Positions 56,011 to 64,000 of a stretch of DNA of 64,000 bases are shown here, piece by piece. A program made the translations under genes and the position numbers. Within the stretch, counting starts at the first letter, position 1. Each line of letters begins with the position of its first letter. The notes under the pieces were generated by a model. The model saw only the letters and a program-made list of their open reading frames with translations. It did no database searches and had not been told where the DNA came from. This DNA is from an uncultured bacterium (lineage in GTDB: Bacteria; Cyanobacteriota; Cyanobacteriia; Phormidesmidales; Phormidesmidaceae), in the NCBI GenBank assembly GCA_966674685.1, contig CBKWJC010000009.1, positions 25,490 through 89,489 of the forward strand, written 5' to 3'.

Positions 56011-57288
56011 CTAACCAAGTGCTTCCAGGTAGTCACGTACCCGGTTGCGGCGCTTGGGCTGACGCAGCTTTTGCAGTGCTTTTGCCTCAATCTGGCGCAC
56101 CCGCTCACGAGACAGGTCGAGCGCGCGACCAATATCCGCTAGTGAGTAAGGAGTGCCATCGCCTAAGCCAAACCGCATGCGAATTACGTCCCGCTCACGA
56201 CTGGTCAAATCAGCTAATAGCTGTTGCAGATCGCGACGCAGGGATTCCCGCATAAGGGTTTCTTCGGGCGTCGCATCATCGGTTTCGAGCAGATCACCGA
56301 GTTCGGTGTCGCGCTCTTTGCCGACTTTGGTTTCTAGGGAAACGGATCGAGGAACGCGCATCAGGACTTCCCGCACTTGAGGTGCCGTCATGTCTAACTC
56401 GCGCGCCACGTCTTCCACGGTGGCGGTGCTGCCCTTTTCTTGGGAAATTTTCCGCTGGGCCTTTTTGATTTTGTTGAGCTTTTCAGTGATGTGAACAGGG
56501 AGGCGGATTGTGCGGCTTTGAGTTGCGATCGCACGAGTGATTCCCTGCCGAATCCACCAGTACGCGTAGGTACTAAACCGATAGCCTTTGGTGGGGTCGA
56601 ACTTTTCCACTGCTCGCTCTAGACCCAGCGTGCCTTCTTGGATCAGATCTAGCAGTTCCAAACCACGATTTTGGTATTTCTTCGCTACCGACACAACCAA
56701 GCGCAAGTTTGCCTTGATCATGTGCTCTTTGGCGCGGATGCCTTCTTTCTGAATGTGCTCCAGTTCTTCCAAGCTGAGTCCAGCGAGTTCGGCCCACTGG
56801 CGCTTTCCTTGTGAAATGGTCGGTTTCAGTTCTGAGACCTCAATGCCAGCTTCTCTAGCCCAGCGCTCTAAGGACGGACGATGCCCAAGTTGAGCCGTCA
56901 GGCGATTGCGAGCATCGATGAGTTTAATGTAGGTTTGTAGGGCTTCGTCTGCCGTTTCAGCCGCTTGTTCCCGCAGTTCAAGCAGTTGCACATATCGCTG
57001 AACCCGCTGAGCCTCAGACACCTCTTCATCGCGACCGAGTAGACGAACGCGGCCAATCTCCTGAAGATATAAACGCACAAGGTCAGTCGTGCGGCGTCCG
57101 GCTTTGGACAGCTTAGCCGCTTGAGAACTCTCGTCATCAAAATCAATTTCAAGGCGCACTAAGTCGTCCGGAGAGATATCGGGTTCTTCGCTGTCTAGAT
57201 TCAAATCATCAGCAGTCACATCAGGAGATGAATAAGAATCCAGTTCGGCAGCATCGGGTTGAAAAGGTTGTACTGGCATGGCGTTCAA
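56011..57288 (-). CDS. sigA: RNA polymerase principal (group 1) sigma-70 factor
   Basis: 425 aa with an acidic N-terminal region. YAYWWIRQGITRAI, IRLPVHITEKLNKIKK and SRERVRQIEAKALQKLRQP are near-identical to the cyanobacterial SigA regions 2-4. Confidence 0.9.
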   Translation of the reverse strand: MNAMPVQPFQPDAAELDSYSSPDVTADDLNLDSEEPDISPDDLVRLEIDFDDESSQAAKLSKAGRRTTDLVRLYLQEIGRVRLLGRDEEVSEAQRVQRYVQLLELREQAAETADEALQTYIKLIDARNRLTAQLGHRPSLERWAREAGIEVSELKPTISQGKRQWAELAGLSLEELEHIQKEGIRAKEHMIKANLRLVVSVAKKYQNRGLELLDLIQEGTLGLERAVEKFDPTKGYRFSTYAYWWIRQGITRAIATQSRTIRLPVHITEKLNKIKKAQRKISQEKGSTATVEDVARELDMTAPQVREVLMRVPRSVSLETKVGKERDTELGDLLETDDATPEETLMRESLRRDLQQLLADLTSRERDVIRMRFGLGDGTPYSLADIGRALDLSRERVRQIEAKALQKLRQPKRRNRVRDYLEALG

Positions 57289-57647
57289 CTATGTCTGGGT
57301 ACAGAGCGCGCGGTCTTTGGGAATTCTATTTGTTGGTAGTATGCCCAAATTTATCGACTACGAAACAGGGATGTGGGTTCCTTAACAGTTTGCTCGTGAA
57401 GCGCGCTGAAGCATTAGAGGTGAATGATGTTCCTGCATCTTCGGCTTATCTGTCACTGTCGTCAGCAAGCTCCGGGTTAGCGAAATATAGACGGTATGGG
57501 CAGATAGCCTTAAACATGAAGTAAGAGGAACTACATTCCCTACTGCGAGGATTCCAGATATTTATCCGCAAAACTCCTATGAAGTTTCAGCAAAGATGAA
57601 CGGGCGCTCTAAGCCCAAACCCAATCGCGTTTTGTCTCATGCCAGAT

Positions 57648-57735
57648 CCGACTAGAAAGAATCGGAATCGTTTTGTGCAAACGTCAGCACAGACTGATTT
57701 CTATAGTGGTTCTAGATAAAAAAACTGGGTTGCGT
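57648..57735. repeat. GACTAGAAAGAATC... dispersed element, copy 2
   Basis: CCGACTAGAAAGAATCGGAATCGTTTTGTGCAAA...ATAAAAAAACTGGGTT aligns with 8185-8290. Confidence 0.55.
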
Positions 57736-57916
57736 GAGCGGATTGCGGATAACAGCTCTTAAACTCGACTTGCGTTGGCTGCGCCATCGGTTGCTGATTT
57801 GGTTGCTCATTAAGCTGTGTTTGCAAAATTCAATTTAGGCAACTGAAGCCCCTACAGTAAGATCAGCGGCAATCCTTTGCCACTCTGATTTGTTGTAAGA
57901 CTGAAGTAGTTAACTG

Positions 57917-58102
57917 ATGCGCGATTCTGATCTCACTGACGTAATTATCTGGACGCCTGAAGCTGAGGCGAAATTGAAAAATATTCCATTTTTTGCGCGA
58001 TCGCAAGCGCGTCAGCGCATTGAGGCAATTGCTAGAGCTGATGACGAGCAGACGGTAACGGTTGAGCTAGTCGAACGGGTACGCCTACAGTTCGGACAAT
58101 AG
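57917..58102 (+). CDS. PCP-reductase family small protein (ChlB C-terminal-like domain)
   Basis: 61 aa: [31 protein letters not shown] matches the PCP_red domain pattern. Confidence 0.75.
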   Translation: MRDSDLTDVIIWTPEAEAKLKNIPFFARSQARQRIEAIARADDEQTVTVELVERVRLQFGQ

Positions 58103-58153
58103 GCGCTATCAAGATGAGGTTCGTGTCTTAGCTAATAGGATTATCGCTACAGA

Positions 58154-58214
58154 AACCCAATTTATTTCCCGTGAAACGCTTGCAGCGAAAGTGCTTCACG
58201 GAAAATAGCTGTTT
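58154..58214. repeat. AACCCAATTT palindromic element, decayed copy
   Basis: The left arm AACCCAATTTATTTCCCGTGAAACGCTTGC is conserved. The right arm is partly degenerate. Confidence 0.6.
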
Positions 58215-58236
58215 TTACCAAGCTTGATTTTGGTTG

Positions 58237-59520
58237 CTAGTTGCTGTCGAATTCGAGTAGTGTTTCGGCAAATTCGTATAAATCTGATTCAGCCTGATCA
58301 TTGAGCTGCCGATCTTTGAGTTCTAGCAGGCCAGCGGCGAGGCGATCGGCCTGTTTTTTATAGAGATAGTGGGCGCTCAGCAAGTCGAGATAGACTTCTC
58401 GTTCGATCTGGGTGCGATCGCTATTTTCGGATAGCGGTGACGCATAGGCGGTGCTGCTGGCTTCGTATTTCAGCAAAAAAATTAGAGCGCTGCTTTTTTC
58501 CTGGAGCTGATCTTGGAGCGATCGCACATCCAGATCGAGGCGCTCAAAGCCAACTTGGCCCTGAATCTTCAGCTCCACAATGGCAGCAGGTTCGGCGGGG
58601 ATTTTACCCGTTTGCACCGCTTGTTCTACAGTTGCGATCGCAGCTTGCTCAATGTCTTCAATCGTTTCCTGACCCCGCGTTTGCAGCGATAGGCGCACGA
58701 CGGGGCGTTGATAGTAATCCTGCTTGAGAGTGGCTTGAATGGTTTTTGTTTGGGGCTGCACGTCAACCAGATATGCGCCCCGCTGGTAGCTAGCTTCTTC
58801 GACGCTGTTGGCTTCCAGTGAACCGGGATTAAAAATCCAGCCTTCCATTTCATAGTTTTTATGAATGTGCCCCAGGGCTAGGTAGTCGATGCCGACCTGC
58901 TTGAGCGGCAGTAGTTCGCTGTAGCGCAGTGCCCCTGCGTAGCGAGCAATCTGATCTTCTAAACCATGATGAAACATCAGGATATTAGCGCCAGAATGGG
59001 CGGGCAGTTCTTGGATGGCAGCGGCAATTTGCTCGATGGCTTTGGGTGCGGTTGCGCCATACCAGTTGGCCCCAATCACTCGCACTCCGCAATCGAGGTC
59101 AATATATCCGCCTCGGCGACCATTCCACGGTTGATAAAAGGGTTCCCCTGCTGCGACATCGCCGGGTTCAAGCAAGATTAACTGTCCCCAGTCGGATAGG
59201 TATCGCAGCCAGCTTGTATTGACGCCGTAGGGTCGATTATCGTGGTTGCCTTCAATTGCGATCACGGGAATATTGGCCGTTTGCAGCATGCGTAGGCAGA
59301 TTTGCGCCTGATTCAAGATTGAGGGCTGAATGGTGCGATGTTCAAACAGATCTCCGGCAATGAGAACAAAATCAACCTCTGCTTCAATGGCGTGGCGCTC
59401 AAGCACGTCCTTCAGTGCCAGAAAGAAATCTTTTGTGCGATCGCGATTCTGATAGCGATCAAATCCCAGATGAATATCTGCCAGATGCAAGAAACGTGCC
59501 ATAGGCCAAGGCTCAACCAA
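58237..59520 (-). CDS. sbcD: SbcD/Mre11-family DNA repair exonuclease (metallophosphoesterase)
   Basis: Phosphoesterase motifs HLADIHLG, AGDLFEH, GNHD and LALGHIH. No adjacent SbcC-like ATPase gene lies in the window. Confidence 0.8.
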   Translation of the reverse strand: MVEPWPMARFLHLADIHLGFDRYQNRDRTKDFFLALKDVLERHAIEAEVDFVLIAGDLFEHRTIQPSILNQAQICLRMLQTANIPVIAIEGNHDNRPYGVNTSWLRYLSDWGQLILLEPGDVAAGEPFYQPWNGRRGGYIDLDCGVRVIGANWYGATAPKAIEQIAAAIQELPAHSGANILMFHHGLEDQIARYAGALRYSELLPLKQVGIDYLALGHIHKNYEMEGWIFNPGSLEANSVEEASYQRGAYLVDVQPQTKTIQATLKQDYYQRPVVRLSLQTRGQETIEDIEQAAIATVEQAVQTGKIPAEPAAIVELKIQGQVGFERLDLDVRSLQDQLQEKSSALIFLLKYEASSTAYASPLSENSDRTQIEREVYLDLLSAHYLYKKQADRLAAGLLELKDRQLNDQAESDLYEFAETLLEFDSN

Positions 59521-59624
59521 TTCGACGGGCTTTCATCAACCCAGCTAAATAGTAGCAAGCTTGTTCCTGAAAAGTACATCTGTTTTAGACAATAATCTTC
59601 ATGTCTTACTCCATACAGCTATAA

Positions 59625-59758
59625 CCAGAAGCCTTAAACAGACAAATTTGCTTGTCGGTATGTTCAGAGTGGCTCAATTTGAGCTAAATCCTCAGTCTGA
59701 ATGGCTGGGTGATTATGGCAAAAAGCTGAAGGCACAAGGCAAACTAAGAACATCCTAA
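59625..59758 (+). pseudogene. relic 3' end of a tandem paralogue of the 59771 gene
   Basis: ...NLLVGMFRVAQFELNPQSEWLGDYGKKL is about 75% identical at the DNA level to 60455-60590, the 3' end of the downstream gene (...NLLLGMLKVTQFELNPQHQWLGDYGKRL). Confidence 0.65.
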
Positions 59759-59770
59759 ACGCCAATTTGG

Positions 59771-60577
59771 GTGAGAATCATGGCGCTCAGTGACGGAATG
59801 AAAAACTTCTGGGTTCAGGTTGGTTCGCTGGTTGTACTAACAGTTTTGCTAGCGGCACTGGTGGCTTGGTGGTGGAGTTGGATAGCCGCGATCGCAGTTT
59901 TAGTTTTGGGTGGATTCGTCATCCTTTGGTTTGTTGGGTTTGTCAAAACCGCACTGCTCAACGTGTTGCCCGACGAGTGGAACGGCGAATTGACTCGGCC
60001 CGAAGACTGCCTCTGGCTCGATAAGGACTGGCTACAGCAGCAAACCCAGGCGCTAGAAAACATCGGCTTTCAGCACCTCCAAGACTACCAACTGCCCGGA
60101 CAGCCCACCTTTGGTCGCTGTATGGTTAATCCACAGCAACAGTGCTATGCCGAACTGGGCGCTATTTACAATGCGGCAGGTGAACGGATCAGTGATCAGC
60201 TTGTCATGGCCAGTTTGCTAACGGATGATTGGACAGTGGCCCACGTCAATCGCGATGTCAATCTGCAATCAGACAGTATGCTCTGCCTATGGCGACATCC
60301 AAAGTGGCTTTCTGTGGTTCAAACCCATCCCACGCTGGCAAGCTTGCTGGATGCTCACCTGCAATTTCGCGATCGCATGCAGCGCGATCTGGGCGTTTCA
60401 GTGCTTCCCAATCTCTCCTGGGATGCTTATGTGCAGCATGAACGCAACGCAGCGGTCTATCGTAAACAAATTCTCAAGCGCACCAATCTGCTCCTGGGCA
60501 TGCTGAAAGTAACTCAGTTTGAACTGAATCCGCAGCATCAATGGCTGGGCGATTATGGCAAGCGGCTGACGACATAA
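59771..60577 (+). CDS. membrane protein, unknown function
   Basis: 268 aa with two N-terminal TM helices. Confidence 0.55.
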   Translation: MRIMALSDGMKNFWVQVGSLVVLTVLLAALVAWWWSWIAAIAVLVLGGFVILWFVGFVKTALLNVLPDEWNGELTRPEDCLWLDKDWLQQQTQALENIGFQHLQDYQLPGQPTFGRCMVNPQQQCYAELGAIYNAAGERISDQLVMASLLTDDWTVAHVNRDVNLQSDSMLCLWRHPKWLSVVQTHPTLASLLDAHLQFRDRMQRDLGVSVLPNLSWDAYVQHERNAAVYRKQILKRTNLLLGMLKVTQFELNPQHQWLGDYGKRLTT

Positions 60578-60615
60578 GCCAAACTGAGAACATCGATAGC
60601 TTAAAAGGTAGATGC

Positions 60616-61098
60616 ATGAAGCCTGCGCGAATCTCCCCCCCGTCCCTGCTGGGAATTGCCCTGATTGCGATCGCAGTTTTGATCTCAAGCTGCGGCAGTC
60701 CCTCCATCGAATCACCTCAACCGACTTCACCGCCAGAATCTATAGCACCGGAGTCGCCAGCACCAGCAGAATCCGTTGAAGCAACTCCAGCCTCTCCCGC
60801 CCCCATAACTCCTCCAGAAGCTGAACGCCCTATGTCAGACCCCGCTAGCCTGCCGGATCAGGTCGCCAATCAGGTCAAAACTGCGATCGCGCAATCAGCA
60901 AATATTTCAGCTGAAGCCATTCAAATCACTAACGCTGAACCACATACCTGGCCCAATGGCTGCCTCGGATTAGCCAATCCCGATGAATTTTGCACTCAGG
61001 CACTAGTCGAAGGTTGGCAAGTAGAAGCAACCAACGGCGAAACAACTTGGACATATCGCACCGACGCCACCGGATCGCAGATTCGCCCAGAAAGGTAG
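60616..61098 (+). CDS. lipoprotein, unknown function
   Basis: MKPARISPPSLLGIALIAIAVLISSCGS is a signal peptide with a lipobox Cys, followed by a Pro/Ser/Ala-rich linker. The ORF opens at 60541. Confidence 0.6.
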   Translation: MKPARISPPSLLGIALIAIAVLISSCGSPSIESPQPTSPPESIAPESPAPAESVEATPASPAPITPPEAERPMSDPASLPDQVANQVKTAIAQSANISAEAIQITNAEPHTWPNGCLGLANPDEFCTQALVEGWQVEATNGETTWTYRTDATGSQIRPER

Positions 61099-61132
61099 TG
61101 CCTTAGATGAGTTCAGGGCTGAGTGATGGGGT

Positions 61133-61198
61133 GGATGGGTGAAGGGGTGGATGGGTTGGGAATTTTGGATTTTGGATTTTGGATTTAGATGACTAAGG
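61133..61198. repeat. short tandem repeats (GGGGTGGATGGGT x2; ATTTTGG x3)
   Basis: Read directly: GGGGTGGATGGGTGAAGGGGTGGATGGGTTGGGAATTTTGGATTTTGGATTTTGGATTT. Confidence 0.8.
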
Positions 61199-61199
61199 C

Positions 61200-61300
61200 T
61201 TGGATACTGAGTTCTAAGTTTTGAATTTTGAGTTCAGTCAAGCATTACATTCAAAACTAAACACTCAAAACTAAGAATTCACCTCCATCCTCCTCACTTT
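61200..61300. repeat. GAGT/ACTC-rich imperfect palindrome, second locus
   Basis: GAGTTCTAAGTTTTGAATTTTGAGTT...CAAAACTAAACACTCAAAACTAAGAATTC has the same design as 1150-1290. It also lies between convergent genes. Confidence 0.5.
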
Positions 61301-61345
61301 CTCTACAGCCTCTACACCCTCTACACCCTCTACACCCTCTACACC
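61301..61345. repeat. 9-bp tandem repeat CTCTACACC x5
   Basis: Five consecutive units. The first is CTCTACAGC. Confidence 0.85.
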
Positions 61346-61434
61346 CTCCAATCGGTGCGTTTCGCTTTGCTCAACACACCCTACGAAACTGCTCCCTTGC
61401 CCCCCTGCCCTCTACAGCCCTTCCTCCTCACTCC

Positions 61435-61803
61435 TCACCTCAAAAGCGACACATGAGCACTCACCACCCGCCAGCCCTCCGATGTCCGCATCCAGGTTTG
61501 ACTTTGGCGACCCGACTGGCCTGGACGCTGAAATTCCGTATTGGCAGTAGCAAAGTCCGTGCCGTAGGTGGTAATCACCGTCTTCATTAGTGTGCGCGCT
61601 AGTCCCTTTGCTGAGCGCTGGCTGCGAAAAGCTGCGATCGCATCATACCCATAGAGATTTTCCGTCGCCCCATAGCGAATCGTGTGCGGACTCTGCCAAA
61701 ACAGCTCATCCAGAACAGCCACATCGTTGCTGACCAGCGCTGCCTCATACCGCTCAAAAGCCGCAGTTACCTCCGCCACAACATCTGGCCGATTAACTTC
61801 CAT
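61435..61803 (-). CDS. AtzH-like / SnoaL-like (DUF3225) domain protein
   Basis: [45 protein letters not shown]...[23 protein letters not shown] matches the AtzH-like family pattern. The start taken is Met at 61803. Confidence 0.7.
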   Translation of the reverse strand: MEVNRPDVVAEVTAAFERYEAALVSNDVAVLDELFWQSPHTIRYGATENLYGYDAIAAFRSQRSAKGLARTLMKTVITTYGTDFATANTEFQRPGQSGRQSQTWMRTSEGWRVVSAHVSLLR

Positions 61804-61984
61804 ATTCTGAATCCCCCTCTCGCCACTCTCAAACATCTCCCTCGCCCCCCTGTCCCTTTGCCCCCTTGTCCACACCCTATTAACAAGCCAATTTGCGATC
61901 GCAATATTTCCAATATCCTGATGCTACTTAGGCGTGATGCCTCGGCATTCGCTGCTATAGGATGATGACGATAGTACAGCGATA

Positions 61985-62884
61985 ATGCATCTCATGTTGC
62001 AATTTCAGCCTCTTGGATTTGGTCAGCGAGTTTGTGAAACCTCGCTGGGCGTGATGGTCTACTATACGCCAACGGATCAGCCGTGGCGCGAACCCAATCA
62101 GCCCAAGCCCGACTTACCGCCGCTGCTGTTTTTGCACAGCTTGGGTGGTGGCTCGTCCGCCTACGAATGGTCAAAGGTTTATCCAGCCTTTGCTGCCGAT
62201 TATCAAGTAATTGCGCCCGATCTGATCGGCTGGGGACAATCAACGCATCCCATTCGGGACTACAGTGTGGAAGACTATTTCACGATGCTCAGTGAACTAC
62301 TAGAGTTCATTGGTCGTCCGGTCACGGTGTTTGCGTCATCACTAATTGCTGGCATTACGGTGCGTTTGGCAGCTCAGCAGCCTGAAAAATTTGCTCAGCT
62401 CATCCTGGTTTGCCCATCGGGCTACAGTGACTTTGGCACAGATTTTGGAGCGGGACTATCGGCACAGCTCACTAAAATTCCAGGACTCAACGATTTGATT
62501 TACAACCTCGGTGCGGCAAACGAAACGGCTGTCTCCAATTTCATGACGCAGTTTTTGTTTGCTCAGCCGTCGCGGATCACACCAGAAATGGTCAATGCTT
62601 ACGTCACCTCTGCCCGCCAGCGTCATGCCCAATATGCGGCTCTAGCGTCACTGAAGGGAAACTTGAGCTTTGATCTGTCGCGCTATATCAGCCAGCTCAC
62701 CGTGCCAACGGTAATGATTTGGGGAGAAAAGGCAAAGTTCAACCGTCCGAATATCGGTGAGCGGCTCGCCAAACTGAATCCACAAGCCATCAAAGGATTT
62801 CATATTATTCCTAATACTGGCGTTCTGCCCCATTTAGAATATCCAGCTTATGTCGTAGGGCTAGCAGATCCTTATCTTCCATAG
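61985..62884 (+). CDS. alpha/beta-fold hydrolase
   Basis: 299 aa with LLFLHSLGGGS near the N-terminus. Length and pattern are typical of the fold. The nucleophile-elbow region is atypical (FASSLIAG). Confidence 0.7.
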   Translation: MHLMLQFQPLGFGQRVCETSLGVMVYYTPTDQPWREPNQPKPDLPPLLFLHSLGGGSSAYEWSKVYPAFAADYQVIAPDLIGWGQSTHPIRDYSVEDYFTMLSELLEFIGRPVTVFASSLIAGITVRLAAQQPEKFAQLILVCPSGYSDFGTDFGAGLSAQLTKIPGLNDLIYNLGAANETAVSNFMTQFLFAQPSRITPEMVNAYVTSARQRHAQYAALASLKGNLSFDLSRYISQLTVPTVMIWGEKAKFNRPNIGERLAKLNPQAIKGFHIIPNTGVLPHLEYPAYVVGLADPYLP

Positions 62885-63183
62885 CTGATTTTCTAGAGAA
62901 TTACACGGATTTAGTGGAAATCAAATCATACAAACAATTGCGTATAAATCAGCGCATTCTAACGAGTGAGAAGGGTCTCAGAGCGTTTCTCTCTGGCGTT
63001 TAGGTTTTGCATTTATTGAGGCTAACTTACCGATGATGTTTGTAAGAAAGTAATTGCAACGATTAATGAAGTTAGCTGGAAAAAGTACAATCAGGTAACC
63101 TAAGACACGGTATCGAATTGTTCGATAGTATACGATTTGCCCTGAATGCTGAAACGTTAGCCTGGAAACCCAGTCGGAGTGAG

Positions 63184-64000
63184 ATGACTGACTCACAAAA
63201 GCTTGTACTGATGATTCAGCCTGTAAAACTTCAGGGTCTGATTTGGCAAGCAGTACTTAAATCACAAGGGATATCCGTCATTTGGGAGTCACCACAAGTT
63301 GACTTTATCGACAATGTGCAGCAGCTCAAAAAAGCTGGTTTGACATTACCAGACGCTATTTTAGTCGATGTTGGCATTGAGGGGTTTAACCCCTATGCGT
63401 TTTGTCGCCTCTGCCGCGATCGCTATTCAGAAATGCAGGTTATTCTCACGAATACGGCTCGCGACGATATTCATCCCTCAGAACGACAATGGGCACTGCA
63501 TCAGGGTGCGGCTGATTACTTACCCGCGTTTCAGCCCGATGCGCTGGTCACAAGCGTCACCCACGGTGTAAAAGCCGTGCTTCAGGCTATCAGCTCTGAG
63601 CCATTGGAAAATGGAGCACTGGTATCTGTTTTATTTAGCATTAAGCGCCAGATCGAATCGCGGAAAGCGGCTAAGCAGACTCAGCGCAGCGTTGATACGG
63701 AGCAAACAGAGTCAACTGTTACCAGTTATCGGTCGTCAACCCAGGTTGATGCTGCCACTGAACTGGCTTCTGCGTATGCCGTTACCAACGGTCATCGCCT
63801 GAACGGCAAGAGCGTTAGCGGGAATGGGAATGGGTTTGCTCACGGATTGAATGGTAACGGCAATGGTCGCAGCCTGCTGCTAGAGAATGGCACTGTTGCT
63901 AACGGTAAAGCCAACGGTAAATCATATGCACCACTTTCTCAGGCACCATTTAGCGATCCAGCGATGGATTCAGCCGAGATTGAAGACGCGCCTGAGATGA
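63184..64000 (+). CDS. receiver (CheY-like) domain protein with an Asn/Gly-rich linker, 3'-partial
   Basis: The ATG at 63184 is preceded by GGAG. The frame stays open to the window end, and it is missing from the ORF track because it has no stop. The N-terminal ~120 aa are REC-like (LVLMIQP...AILVDVG...ILTN...GAADYL). Confidence 0.6.
   Translation, partial: MTDSQKLVLMIQPVKLQGLIWQAVLKSQGISVIWESPQVDFIDNVQQLKKAGLTLPDAILVDVGIEGFNPYAFCRLCRDRYSEMQVILTNTARDDIHPSERQWALHQGAADYLPAFQPDALVTSVTHGVKAVLQAISSEPLENGALVSVLFSIKRQIESRKAAKQTQRSVDTEQTESTVTSYRSSTQVDAATELASAYAVTNGHRLNGKSVSGNGNGFAHGLNGNGNGRSLLLENGTVANGKANGKSYAPLSQAPFSDPAMDSAEIEDAPEM

Noticed and set aside
61133-61345. Could the short tandem repeats be a CRISPR array?
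   Set aside because: The units are 7-13 bp and directly abutting, with no spacers. No cas genes are present in the window.
62978-63196. 72-aa minus-strand ORF.
   Set aside because: It is AT-rich and has no RBS. Its 5' end overlaps the start of the better-supported receiver-domain gene. No motif was recognised.

Overview
This is a cyanobacterial chromosomal segment. The HIP1 octamer GCGATCGC occurs every few hundred bp, sampled host lines are about 55% G+C, and the gene content is cyanobacterial. All calls rest on motif recognition by eye, with no database search. Most of the window is core housekeeping: the alkane cluster ado-aar-accA-SDR-folE, rnc, metF, trpS, menB, hppD, queA, rimP-nusA, a 1622-aa TamB-like protein, murQ, a site-2 protease, fur-family and sigA genes, and an sbcD-like gene. 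No tRNA, rRNA, CRISPR array, integrase or transposase was seen.

The main finding is a roughly 2.8-kb AT-rich islet at about 19.6-22.4 kb. Sampled lines are about 35% G+C and it contains no HIP1 site. It carries a tightly coupled three-gene operon that I cannot assign to any named system:
- a CHAT/caspase-like domain (His72, Cys114) fused to a PD-(D/E)xK nuclease-like domain;
- a ParA/MinD-type ATPase with a large insertion;
- a ParB/Srx-like protein that lacks the GxxR arginine patch and is fused to a helix-hairpin-helix.

Its right flank is a rearrangement scar holding paired extended-HIP1 repeats, a truncated and frameshifted PIN gene, and a truncated duplicate of a gene's 5' end.

Other notable observations:
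- A probable yybP-ykoY Mn2+ riboswitch lies upstream of a UPF0016 (Mnx/GDT1-like) transporter gene.
- A second low-GC, single-gene islet encodes a novel N-terminal region fused to a DUF559/Vsr-like nuclease domain.
- There is a small accessory cluster of a Cas4-like nuclease, a Uma2 endonuclease, a methyltransferase and YefM-YoeB.
- Several families of dispersed palindromic mini-elements are present, including one nested insertion.
- Pseudogene remnants include an OsmC truncation and a tandem paralogue relic.
- The usual rimP-nusA-ylxR-infB arrangement is broken.
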